From the IMG/VR virus record IMGVR_UViG_3300042518_001688, positions 19,409-83,408 of that record: a stretch of 64,000 bases of DNA; one strand, written 5' to 3'. Position numbers and translations under genes: made by a program. Positions 9,746-18,995 of the stretch are shown piece by piece. The stretch comes from a virus. Position 1 is the first letter of the stretch, and each line of letters starts with the position of its first letter. The notes beneath the pieces are model-generated. The model was given only the letters and a program-made list of their open reading frames with translations. It was not told the DNA's origin and ran no database searches.

Positions 9746-9943
9746 CTAAACTATTTTGACGTGAGCCAAGACATCATTCATATCTTGTCCATAATATTGA
9801 ACCTCAGCCGTTCTCCGAGCAAACTTGATATCTTTGTCTCCGCCGAAGGTTCTGACTTTACCTGCTGACAACTTGACGTAAACCTCGCCGTCAAGAAAAA
9901 AATATCCGCAAACTGGCACATCTTTAAATTGTCTAGATTCCAT
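9746..9943 (-). CDS. Hypothetical phage protein (MESRQFKDVP...)
   Basis: AAGGAG RBS inside duplicated segment places start at 9943. Confidence 0.55.
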   Translation of the reverse strand: MESRQFKDVPVCGYFFLDGEVYVKLSAGKVRTFGGDKDIKFARRTAEVQYYGQDMNDVLAHVKIV

Positions 9944-9945
9944 TG

Positions 9946-10008
9946 TTATTCTCCTTGTTTCCTTGGTTTTTTCGAGGCTCTCTGTTCCCATACCAACCCC
10001 TTGCGATC
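9946..10008. repeat. 63-bp direct repeat copy 1 (pair 10457-10519)
   Basis: 2 mismatches between copies; runs from a HIP1-type site to an RBS. Confidence 0.9.
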
Positions 10009-10455
10009 TCACTCAACGTATTTTAGTTGTTTAATAGTGAAATCTTGTTCAGTCCCCCCGTGATGGTAAATTATGGAATTTATGGCTTGAGTAGCCCAAA
10101 ATTCAGAGGCATAGGTTTGCGCCTCACACGCGCCACTCCAGTTATCATTCTCTGACCAAAAATGTCCATTCTTGGCTAAGACATACAAAGTCTGCCTAGC
10201 TTGTTCTTGCATTTCATGGAAGACATCTAGTAACGCTGGATTGTGCATTATCCTAGAGGATTCAGGTTCGTCCCCGTATTCATGCCATGTTTGCACAAGA
10301 ATTGAATTATCAACAGGGTAAACAATTAAGTAATGATACATACCCTCCTGTGAATCCCATCTAGCATCCTCAATAGAATAACCAAATCCTCCGTTTTCGT
10401 GTAATCCCGATGGTTTACAGTATTCCAATAACATTCTTAATTCATTTTCAGTCAC
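10009..10455 (-). CDS. Hypothetical protein flanked by direct repeats
   Basis: GTG start after AAGGAG RBS. Confidence 0.55.
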   Translation of the reverse strand: MTENELRMLLEYCKPSGLHENGGFGYSIEDARWDSQEGMYHYLIVYPVDNSILVQTWHEYGDEPESSRIMHNPALLDVFHEMQEQARQTLYVLAKNGHFWSENDNWSGACEAQTYASEFWATQAINSIIYHHGGTEQDFTIKQLKYVE

Positions 10456-10456
10456 C

Positions 10457-10519
10457 TTACTCTCCTTGTTTCCTTGGTTTTTTCGAGGCTCTCTGTTCCC
10501 ATACCAACCCTTTGCGATC
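10457..10519. repeat. 63-bp direct repeat copy 2 (3' end of XRE gene)
   Basis: Matches 9946-10008. Confidence 0.9.
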
Positions 10520-10729
10520 GCCTTTCCCACTTTCTCTAATAGCCAAAGCTAAATCATCGAGAGAGCATTTGTAGAGGTTCGCTAACTGAATGAACTTGTC
10601 GAGGGACATTGTTGGAGTAGAACTACCTTTTTCCCAGTTAATAAGGGTTCGTTCTGTTACCCCAATCACCTCCTTTGCATCACTCAGTCTTATGTCGTGA
10701 GCTAACCTTAACGACCTTAAATCAATCAT
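10457..10729 (-). CDS. XRE/Cro-type HTH transcriptional regulator
   Basis: LRSLR...AKEVIGVTERTLINWEKGSSTP HTH. Confidence 0.85.
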   Translation of the reverse strand: MIDLRSLRLAHDIRLSDAKEVIGVTERTLINWEKGSSTPTMSLDKFIQLANLYKCSLDDLALAIRESGKGDRKGLVWEQRASKKPRKQGE

Positions 10730-10953
10730 ACACGAAATATAATTCAGGTGTCAACCAAATATAGCAACTATTTTTGGAAAGTGCAAGTTTTCCAATGTTC
10801 GACTCGATTATTTGATTTAATCGAAATTTTCCCAACAGGAAGCCCGACCCAAATCAAAACCTTGATTTAAGTGGATTCTTATTTTTGCTCTAGTTCTTCT
10901 GCTTTTATTGACTTCCTGAATCTTAAAAAAAGAAGAGAGAAATCAAGGGGAAA

Positions 10954-11949
10954 TCAAGGGGAAATCCCTATTTTGCCATTTTCGGCTCGTTTAAGCAGTG
11001 CCTTATACTTTGAGCGTGTGTACCGCATTGACTCCAGGTGGAAATCAATCTGATACAAGTTGCATCGTCTCAAAAATACCTGACCCGAATAATCCGTAAA
11101 GAACCTACCTTTCTCAATACGATGACCACCTGGCTTTGAAGCAGACGATCGCCCATTCTTCTCATATAAAGTTATGGTTTTGTCGTCAACCTCAAAATAG
11201 GTCACTTCACCGGATTCACAATAACTGGCATTGTGGTTTATGGCTGATAGGATGTGTTGGTATTCGGGTTTGGTTTGAACTATCTGAAGGCGAATAATAT
11301 CCTTCAGGTAAGAGCGTAGTGTAGTTGGATGACAACCTAGAATCGCGCTGATGCTGTCTTGACTAGCACCATACGGAACAAAAGTTTCATCCACTTTGAT
11401 TTGACCACCGCCGACACTTATAACTCCGGCTGCTGAAAAATCCCCTCTGGGCAGTTGTGGAGAGGCATCAGAAGACAAAGCTAAAATATCGTCAACAGTC
11501 GGAGGAGTAAAATGTTTCCGTTCCCTGGACTTCATACTGTTTTTAGCAGCATAGCGAGAACGGTTTTGTGCATCTAGGGTAGCGATCGCTGCTGCAATCT
11601 GTTTGTGACGTTCCAATATGTCGGTAATCTCAACAGTTGCAACAGCACCCCAACCATCTAGCTCATTGACTAGACAGGCATGGAGAAGACCACCTAAGCG
11701 GATGGTAAATACTCCATTTTCCGATCTATAACTCCTGAAGAATCCAAGTCTCACGCCCTCTTTAAGCCATCTATATATAGTTGACATTGATTCTTTGAGT
11801 GAGCTAAGTTCCGCATAACCAACTACCACCCTTCCGCTACCTGACTCGTCAAGGGATCTAAACAAGTACCAGGCTTTAACGCAAGGATGGAGTAATAGTA
11901 GGTTTTGATGGACGCGGACTTGGCTCATGGATTCTCTACAGGGTTGCAA
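10954..11949 (-). CDS. Putative Rep-like/winged-helix DNA-binding protein
   Basis: STIYRWLKEG and SQDSISAILGCHPTTLRSYL HTH-like segments. Confidence 0.45.
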   Translation of the reverse strand: MQPCRESMSQVRVHQNLLLLHPCVKAWYLFRSLDESGSGRVVVGYAELSSLKESMSTIYRWLKEGVRLGFFRSYRSENGVFTIRLGGLLHACLVNELDGWGAVATVEITDILERHKQIAAAIATLDAQNRSRYAAKNSMKSRERKHFTPPTVDDILALSSDASPQLPRGDFSAAGVISVGGGQIKVDETFVPYGASQDSISAILGCHPTTLRSYLKDIIRLQIVQTKPEYQHILSAINHNASYCESGEVTYFEVDDKTITLYEKNGRSSASKPGGHRIEKGRFFTDYSGQVFLRRCNLYQIDFHLESMRYTRSKYKALLKRAENGKIGISP

Positions 11950-12290
11950 TAGTTAGCTAACTCTGCAACATCAATGAAAGCAGGTGAAGCCCAGTATTCA
12001 ATATCGTTTTCCCAATGAATCTTTGTGAAATTACGTAAATAGACAACGAGTGTTTTAGTTTCGTCGTCTACTCTCCAATTGCGAAAGAAACCAAGGGACT
12101 GCCCGATAATGAGCCACTGAATAATATCCTCTGCTGATGCCTTGAGTAAACGAAGTTCATTGACACCAAGCCTTACTATCCCTTGACGTTTTTCGTCAAA
12201 GAACTGTGCCAAATACCAAAGTGCGCCGCACGGGTATTCTTTTAGTAATTTTCGGTCAACTCTGATCTCGCTGCTCATGCACATTACCAA
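11925..12290 (-). CDS. Short paralogue of the N-terminal domain of 10954-11949
   Basis: YPCGALWYLAQFFD...LGFFRNW vs HPCVKAWYLFRSLD...LGFFRSY. Confidence 0.6.
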   Translation of the reverse strand: MVMCMSSEIRVDRKLLKEYPCGALWYLAQFFDEKRQGIVRLGVNELRLLKASAEDIIQWLIIGQSLGFFRNWRVDDETKTLVVYLRNFTKIHWENDIEYWASPAFIDVAELANYCNPVENP

Positions 12291-12295
12291 AGATG

Positions 12296-12324
12296 TTGTC
12301 AGTTAACCGAAACCGTGATACAAT
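12296..12324 (+). promoter_or_regulatory. Sigma70-type promoter TTGTCA-17-TACAAT with extended -10 TG
   Basis: Direct reading; fires antisense to the leader of the 12290/11949 genes. Confidence 0.6.
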
Positions 12325-12330
12325 AGAATG

Positions 12331-12417
12331 AAACCAATATTTAAAAAGCGGTTGAATCACATTAGATGATTCGTTTTTTGTATCACGGAGAACTCCTTGC
12401 AGGGAGTTCTTTTTTTT
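12331..12417 (+). ncRNA. Candidate ~87-nt counter-transcribed small RNA
   Basis: Bounded by the promoter above and intrinsic terminator AGAACTCC-TTGCAG-GGAGTTCT followed by a T tract. Confidence 0.5.
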
Positions 12418-12516
12418 CGGTTATTCTCATTCTATACCAGATTTCGGCATTTGCGGTAACAATTTTGGAATACCCAAATGTTCGACTCGATTATTGCGAT
12501 CGCATACCACATTGCT

Positions 12517-13035
12517 TCATGCAACCTGATCCTGTTCTTCAGGGTGATGAATACAATATATTGCCAATGAGAATACAAATAACATAGTTTTTACATCCTT
12601 TTCTGAATTTACATTACATTCTTTGAAATTTATTACAGTGCATCTTTCTGCATTAAACATCTCAGCGATACAAGCAAGAGCAATAGATACTCGTTTCACT
12701 ATGTCACCTATTGAAATAAGTTCATCTTCTTTAAGCGATCGCTCGAAGTCTTCGCTATTGAATCTTTCCCACCATTTATCTATTTCTTTTAAGATAACTT
12801 CGACCTTCTTTTCTTTAACCGATATCTTGTTTAGCCCAGAAAGAAACCCGTGATTCCAGTTCTCTATGACAAACATCCATATAATTGGAGTCCATTGCCC
12901 ACATTGTGGATTTTTCATCATATCGCTAGTTAATTTATCTTTAGTAAATTTCTTGTATTTCTTGTTGCTATATTCTGGATCACCATATTTATCTCCTAGT
13001 AATCTCTTTCTTCTTTTTGCTTCTCCCATTGCCAT
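12517..13035 (-). CDS. Hypothetical protein (MGEAKRRK N-terminal motif)
   Basis: AAGGAG RBS; 172 aa. Confidence 0.6.
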   Translation of the reverse strand: MAMGEAKRRKRLLGDKYGDPEYSNKKYKKFTKDKLTSDMMKNPQCGQWTPIIWMFVIENWNHGFLSGLNKISVKEKKVEVILKEIDKWWERFNSEDFERSLKEDELISIGDIVKRVSIALACIAEMFNAERCTVINFKECNVNSEKDVKTMLFVFSLAIYCIHHPEEQDQVA

Positions 13036-13409
13036 GCTCCTTTGTATTCTTTTTGAGGAAATATAGTTAATATTTTACCATGTTTTGTAAGTTGTTAAGC
13101 CAATGCTTTTATAGTGTAAACTTGTTGTGATCGCACCACTAATAAAAACTGATGAAATAAGTAATCCATCCATATTATTTAGGTTAGCCAAAGAGAATGT
13201 TATTGTCGCCCATCATCTTAAACTGTGGGAAGCAGGGCTACGGTGCGCTCGGTCGGTACAAAACGACACTTAGTTGGTTCAACTCCATCCCTCGACTCTA
13301 AAATCAAATGTTCGACTCGATTATTCCGATCGCTCCCAAACCTGCTCAACAACCGCTACACAAGTGGCGGTTTTGTTGCTACAATGGCGATTTTATTTTG
13401 CGATCGCAC

Positions 13410-14036
13410 ATGACCTTTAGCATTGACATCCCCCACTTCAAATGCTTCATTAACAAATCCTTCCTTTTTGACTGGGATTTACAGCAGACAGGGTATGTAC
13501 CAGTACGAGTATTTGGCATGACCTCTATTCCTGGTCGGTCAGTTGGATTTAACTTGATGACCGACCAGGGAGCGCAATTTGCTAGAGTTCCGGTTCATGC
13601 TCTAGCTTGGAAGGAAGACTGTGAACAATTACCTTTAGATTGGTTGCAGTTGTGGGATTGCCTAAGTTATGAACCCTGCGCGATCGCCTATTCCTATCTT
13701 TCTGAATTACGCTGTAAGACTATTCTCAAAGACGGAAAATGGTACGGTGGCGAATATGTATTCACGATTGATTGGGCTGGTGGTGACTGGGCAGAAGACC
13801 CAAGTGAACACAAATGCGGTCATGTTTTAAAATTAGATAACGGTTGCTTTACCATACAACCAAATAACAGGATAATTTGGTTTGATCCTAGTTTCATTAC
13901 TGAACCACTAACAAAAAATCCTGGATATAAAATCCACACTCACAGATATAAAAGCGAATCTTCTGGTAAGTGGGTATCGGAAGATAGTGATAAGTTTTTC
14001 TATGATATTCATGAATCTACCTTACCAATCACATGA
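13410..14036 (+). CDS. Conserved hypothetical phage protein
   Basis: IPHFKCFI...SIPGR...LQLWDC...EHKCGH...QPNNRI motif pattern seen in aquatic phages. Confidence 0.65.
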   Translation: MTFSIDIPHFKCFINKSFLFDWDLQQTGYVPVRVFGMTSIPGRSVGFNLMTDQGAQFARVPVHALAWKEDCEQLPLDWLQLWDCLSYEPCAIAYSYLSELRCKTILKDGKWYGGEYVFTIDWAGGDWAEDPSEHKCGHVLKLDNGCFTIQPNNRIIWFDPSFITEPLTKNPGYKIHTHRYKSESSGKWVSEDSDKFFYDIHESTLPIT

Positions 14037-14257
14037 TATCCTCCGTCATTCCCAGCATTGTCTATTTCCTTTTTGAGTAATTCTCTTAATTTTACCAAGT
14101 CATCATAATATCCTTGGCAAATTAACCAAGCACTAAAAGCTAAGACTTCTGGCTGTGATTCATCTGCTGATTGTATCTGCTCTAAGATAGCCTCAATGTG
14201 TTCGGCATCTGTACAGTCTATCTTAACTGTAATTTCATCTGTGGATGGATTAAACAC
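14009..14257 (-). CDS. Hypothetical protein
   Basis: AAGGAGG RBS, GTG start. Confidence 0.55.
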   Translation of the reverse strand: MFNPSTDEITVKIDCTDAEHIEAILEQIQSADESQPEVLAFSAWLICQGYYDDLVKLRELLKKEIDNAGNDGGYHVIGKVDS

Positions 14258-14369
14258 AATTCCTCCTTAAATACATAGATAAACAGGCGCGATCGCATTT
14301 CCATCGTACATCGTTTTTAACTAATGTTATTATCTCTATTTAATTTGTAATATACAATAAAACAGGATT

Positions 14370-14702
14370 ATGCAACTAGAAAGAATGCCGCAGCTTGGTC
14401 AAGTCTGGCAAGATTTTAAGAATAATAAATACAAAATACTTTTTGTCACTGGTAGTCCAATTAAATTGCTGGAGGATTTATATAATGTTAATGAAGACAT
14501 TAAACATCATGAAACAGGATATAAATGTCTTCTAGCCTATAAGAACAATAAGACTGCTTTGATTTACGAACATGATGTGTGTACTGGCAATTGTTTAGAA
14601 GGTGATTATGTGATTTATCGGCGCATGAATCCTAAGTATCCACAAATATGGGCGTGTTCATTAGATGAGTTTTTAGAAATAATTAGTTCACCAGTAAGTT
14701 GA
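14370..14702 (+). CDS. DUF1653-like protein
   Basis: WQDFKNNKYKI...HHETG...VIYR...IWACSLDEFLE pattern. Confidence 0.55.
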   Translation: MQLERMPQLGQVWQDFKNNKYKILFVTGSPIKLLEDLYNVNEDIKHHETGYKCLLAYKNNKTALIYEHDVCTGNCLEGDYVIYRRMNPKYPQIWACSLDEFLEIISSPVS

Positions 14703-14733
14703 TAGCTTACTATTTTAGCGATGCGATCACAAA

Positions 14734-14997
14734 TCATTGACTACAAAGAATATCCCAAAACATTGAGTCATCTATCAGTGAACTTGGTCTAGGGTCTATA
14801 TGCAATCGCCACCATCTGAAGTTTTTCCAGATATATCTAAACCCTCTAAGAAATTTGTTGTCAGAATATTTATCCGTTTTAGAAACAACTAAGTATTCAA
14901 TGCTGCGATGATTTACGCTCTCTAATAAATTGATAATTTCATCTTCTGAGAGATCATCATCAGCTTCGATTTTGACTTCTATTCTCCAGATTTTCAT
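14734..14997 (-). CDS. Hypothetical protein
   Basis: HIP1 + AAGGA RBS upstream. Confidence 0.5.
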   Translation of the reverse strand: MKIWRIEVKIEADDDLSEDEIINLLESVNHRSIEYLVVSKTDKYSDNKFLRGFRYIWKNFRWWRLHIDPRPSSLIDDSMFWDILCSQ

Positions 14998-15021
14998 GAT
15001 TTTCCTTGGTTATGCGATCGC

Positions 15022-15436
15022 TTATTTATTTCCTCTCCAAATCATATCACTGAAAAATCCCCAACCGTCAATTCTAGAATCAACATTGCTGTAGGTAGAT
15101 AAACCATCTTTAGTCAATTCAAGAAAGCATTTACCATGCTTTTCTTCTGTGTAGTTTTCAATGAAAACACCATCCAATCCATCGGATGAAGGACAAAACC
15201 GAACATGAGGAGGAGATATGATGATTGCCAATTTAGTATTTTTTGGAGGATAAATACACTTGTAGGCGATCGCACCATACTCAGCTAATATAGCGATCGC
15301 TGCTTTTCCTTTGATTGGATTTCTGCTCTCGTCGCTGGCATACTTATCAAGATTTTCTACTGCTTTTAAAGCGTATTCCCAATCAATTATGACTGGTTTG
15401 TTGATTTCTTTGAATGGTTCTAATTGAATTTCCATG
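15022..15436 (-). CDS. Hypothetical protein (start approximate, MEIQLEPF)
   Basis: ORF track 15022-15537; internal Met with GGGG RBS more plausible. Confidence 0.45.
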
Positions 15437-15867
15437 TTACCCCCGGATACTAGCTGTATATTAAATTGTATAACATTACTCATTCCTTTGTATACATGAC
15501 TTCTAGAGGTCAAATGCAAGGTGCATCTAACCCCCAATTATTTAAAATCTATAATTATAATTGTTTATGCTGTATATACATTATTTGTATATCAAATTGT
15601 GTATCATTTTAGTTTTATTATTAATGTTTGTTTATGGCAATAGCGATCGCTGCACTATTTTTCTCTCACTTTTTTGTGAACAAGTGCAATAGTCCGTCAC
15701 GAAGTCAACGGCTTCCCACTTGCTATGTGTAGCATGAAGCTCTCCAAGCAATTTGATAGGGCGGAGTGTCGCCACTGGAGCGATCGCACTCTAACTTTAA
15801 CATATTTTTATAGCATTTGAAGTAATAATCAATTACAATTATTGCTTCGTTTCTATCTATTCAAGAT

Positions 15868-18204
15868 ATGTTTTCAGATAATGCTCCTTCTGCTAATCCG
15901 GTGTTTTTTAGAACCTACAGCAGACGCACGAAATTGGGCTATAGAGAAACATGGGGTCAGGTTTGCGATCGCACGGCAAAAGCAACTTCTGTAATTGGCA
16001 GATTCACAGAAGAAGAATGGGCGTTAATTGATAAATACCAACGTGAATTAAAAACCCTGTCTAGTGGTAGATGGTTGTGGGTTGGTGGTACAAAATGGAT
16101 TGGAGATCCACTTAATGTTTATGGTGGGTACAATTGCTCTGGTACTGCTGTTGTTGATTGGGCAGCATTTGGATTGATCATGAATCTTGCTATGACTGGC
16201 TGTGGAACAGGGGCAGGTTTAGAAGAGAAATTTATTAGTCAATTACCAGTTATTAGAAATAAATTAACTGTTGAGATTAAACAGGAGATTGGCGCGATTG
16301 AGCCGCGCTTCAGGGAAGAAGAAACAGAGATATTTTACTACGAGGGCGATCGCACTGTAGATATAAATGTTGGTGATAGTCGGAAGGGTTGGGTTGATGC
16401 TTATAGAGGATTTTTAGAATTATCCTCAGACGAAAGAATTGTTGATGATTTAAAAGTCAATATTTATTTAGGTCATGTCCGCAAATCTGGGGAAAAACTA
16501 AAATCTTTTGGTGGCACTGCTAACCCTGCAAAATTAACTGATTTGTGGGAGAAGTTAGCACGGGTTCTTAATGGGGCGATTGGTAGAAAACTTAATTATG
16601 AAGAATGCTGTTTGTTGATAGATGAAGCAGCTATTGTGATCGTTGCCGGAAATATTAGGAGGAGTGCTGGGATTCGTCAATTTGATGTATCGGCAAAGCT
16701 TTTAAAATCTGATTTATGGCAACAAGATGAACAAGGTAATTGGTTTATTGACCCTGCCAGGGATGCTTTAAGAATTGCTAATCATACCCGTGTTTACCAC
16801 CAAAAACCAACCAAGGAAGAATGTATTGATGCCGTGAGAAGTCAGTATTATTCTGGTGAGGGTGCTATCCAATGGGCAGGGGAGGCGATCGCACGAAGTA
16901 ATGCAGATTTGTTAAATAATCCTAATCTTAAAAAAGAGTTCTTGGCTTCATATCAGGAATGCCCTGATGATGCTAAATTCATTCTTGGTTATATTGCCTA
17001 CAAGAAAAATAATGGTGTTAGTTTAGGTGAAAAAGAATTAAATCACCGTATAAACCGTTGTCTGCTCAACCCATGCGGAGAAATAACGGGTTTTGACTTC
17101 ATGTGTGATTTATCAGAAGTGCATCTAAACAATGTTGATCCGCTTAACTTTGAGGAACAGAAAAGCGCGTTCGAGGCAGGTGCATTAAATGTTGTTGCTT
17201 TACTTCATCAAAAATTCCCAGATGAGAGATATCAATACAGTCGGGAAATAGATCCCATTGTTGCAGTATGCCCAACAGGAGTATTTGACTTCTTTGTTAA
17301 ATTATTCGGTGTTGATTGGCTGAAGTGGTGGGAAGCTGGTAGACCTGAAGAGTGGAAAGCTGAAGATAATATTAAATTGTGGTACGCGACTGGCTGCTTC
17401 CCGGAAGAGTCTGAAGGTAATATTTATAAGCGAATTGAGAAAAAGATTCTTTCTTGGTGGTCTGATATTGTTCATAAAAAAGCATGGGAATATTGCGATC
17501 GCCACAACCTCCGTCGCCCCAATAGATGTACCGCCGTGCAACCTAGCGGTTCAAAAAGTTTGTTAACGGGCGCAAGTTCTGGTTGGCATCCTCCAAAGGC
17601 GCAAAGATTTATCCGTCGTATCACCTTTCGTAAAAATGATCCAGTGGCATTAGCTTGTATTGACTATGGCTACAACGTCATCCCCTCCCAGTCTGACAAG
17701 GATGAGAATGGTAATTTACTCAATGATCCACATAGCCCTTTTTGTACAGAATGGTTGGTAGAAATTCCTACAGAAGTACCTTGGGCTAATCTGCCCGGTG
17801 CTGACCAAATTGATATATCCAAGTTTTCAGCATTAGCCCAGTTTGATTTTTGGATGCAAGTTCAGAAGCACTATGTAACTCATAACGCAAGTTCAACTAT
17901 TGAATTGAGAGAAGGGGAAATAGAAGAATTAGGCGATCGCATTTACCGAGCAATTCAAAATGATGAGGGATATATCTCAACAGCATTATTAGCTCGGTTT
18001 GACGACCTGCAATCATTCCCCCGGCTGCCATTTGAACCAATAGACAAAGAAACCTACGATCGCTTATCCCAAGAAGTAAAAGCCCGACGCAAAACCGATG
18101 ATTTTTGCGAGGCATTAGCCCATTATGACTTGGGAGAAATAGACCAAGCTGGTCCGGCTGGATGTGACTCTGATAAATGTATGTTTCCAATGGAGAAACC
18201 ATGA
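15868..18204 (+). CDS. nrdJ: Class II adenosylcobalamin-dependent ribonucleotide reductase
   Basis: PVFFRTYSR, SGRWLWVGG, NPCGEI, TAVQPSGSKSLL, C-terminal GCDSDKC. Confidence 0.95.
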   Translation: MFSDNAPSANPVFFRTYSRRTKLGYRETWGQVCDRTAKATSVIGRFTEEEWALIDKYQRELKTLSSGRWLWVGGTKWIGDPLNVYGGYNCSGTAVVDWAAFGLIMNLAMTGCGTGAGLEEKFISQLPVIRNKLTVEIKQEIGAIEPRFREEETEIFYYEGDRTVDINVGDSRKGWVDAYRGFLELSSDERIVDDLKVNIYLGHVRKSGEKLKSFGGTANPAKLTDLWEKLARVLNGAIGRKLNYEECCLLIDEAAIVIVAGNIRRSAGIRQFDVSAKLLKSDLWQQDEQGNWFIDPARDALRIANHTRVYHQKPTKEECIDAVRSQYYSGEGAIQWAGEAIARSNADLLNNPNLKKEFLASYQECPDDAKFILGYIAYKKNNGVSLGEKELNHRINRCLLNPCGEITGFDFMCDLSEVHLNNVDPLNFEEQKSAFEAGALNVVALLHQKFPDERYQYSREIDPIVAVCPTGVFDFFVKLFGVDWLKWWEAGRPEEWKAEDNIKLWYATGCFPEESEGNIYKRIEKKILSWWSDIVHKKAWEYCDRHNLRRPNRCTAVQPSGSKSLLTGASSGWHPPKAQRFIRRITFRKNDPVALACIDYGYNVIPSQSDKDENGNLLNDPHSPFCTEWLVEIPTEVPWANLPGADQIDISKFSALAQFDFWMQVQKHYVTHNASSTIELREGEIEELGDRIYRAIQNDEGYISTALLARFDDLQSFPRLPFEPIDKETYDRLSQEVKARRKTDDFCEALAHYDLGEIDQAGPAGCDSDKCMFPMEKP

Positions 18205-18389
18205 CTCAATTGACAACAGAACAACAATTCTCTATTCACTCATTTGCTCATCAGGTAAAACAAATGAGTGAGGCACAAGCGAAAGAGCTTTTGATAAAGC
18301 TGCATGAGCAAATGATTGTCCGTGAAGCGACTTATCAGGAATTACTCAAACATCAATGGGGTATTAGTAGCGTAGAGGAATTAGGATGA
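18201..18389 (+). CDS. nblA: Phycobilisome degradation protein NblA
   Basis: LTTEQQFSIHSFAHQVKQMSEAQAKELLIKLHEQMIVREATYQELLKHQWG. Confidence 0.92.
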   Translation: MTQLTTEQQFSIHSFAHQVKQMSEAQAKELLIKLHEQMIVREATYQELLKHQWGISSVEELG

Positions 18390-18994
18390 TATTAAACGAT
18401 AAGCAGATAACAGAATTAGCTCAAAAAGGGATGATTCAACCATTTGAATCTTCACTGGTTCGGGAAGTTGAGATATCTGGATATCCTGGTATGACCCAAC
18501 GGATTCCGGTTGTTAGTTATGGTTTAGGCTCTTTTGGTTATGATATTCGTCTTAGTTCCAAGGAATTTAGGATTTTTAAGCATATTCCAGGCACGGTTAT
18601 AGATCCTAAAAACTTTAATCCCGACAACCTTGAATCTGTCCAACTGCATCACGATCCTAATGGTAGTTTCTTTATTCTTCCAGGTCATTCCTATGGACTT
18701 GGTGTAGCGGTTGAAAAGATAGAAATGCCAGCAGACTTAACCGCAATCTGTTTAACCAAGAGTACGTATGCTAGGGTTGCGATCATTGCAAACCTTACGC
18801 CAATAGAAAGTCAGTGGCGAGGACATTTAACTATCGAGATATCTAATAATTGTAGTGCTGATTGCAGAGTTTATGCCAACGAAGGAATAGCGCAATTGTT
18901 GTTTTTAAAAGGTGAACCTTGCTCTGTTTCCTACCAAGACAGAAAAGGTAAATACCAAGACCAGCCAGAACAGATTGTATTCGCAAAGGTTTAA
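18386..18994 (+). CDS. dcd: dCTP deaminase
   Basis: SYGLGSFGYDIRL, KSTYAR, YANEGIAQLLF, YQDRKGKYQDQ. Confidence 0.93.
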   Translation: MILNDKQITELAQKGMIQPFESSLVREVEISGYPGMTQRIPVVSYGLGSFGYDIRLSSKEFRIFKHIPGTVIDPKNFNPDNLESVQLHHDPNGSFFILPGHSYGLGVAVEKIEMPADLTAICLTKSTYARVAIIANLTPIESQWRGHLTIEISNNCSADCRVYANEGIAQLLFLKGEPCSVSYQDRKGKYQDQPEQIVFAKV

Positions 18995-18995
18995 T

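Noticed and set aside
12328-12369. 13-aa ORF MKPIFKKRLNHIR
   Set aside because: ATG lies at or before the predicted transcription start and lacks an RBS; region better explained as non-coding RNA
15690-15790. Cobalamin riboswitch or IS200/IS605-end remnant upstream of nrdJ
   Set aside because: Some short hairpins but no recognisable B12-box or convincing IS end; needs an Infernal search
6218-18204. Inteins or introns in dnaB and nrdJ
   Set aside because: Both proteins have normal length with continuous motifs
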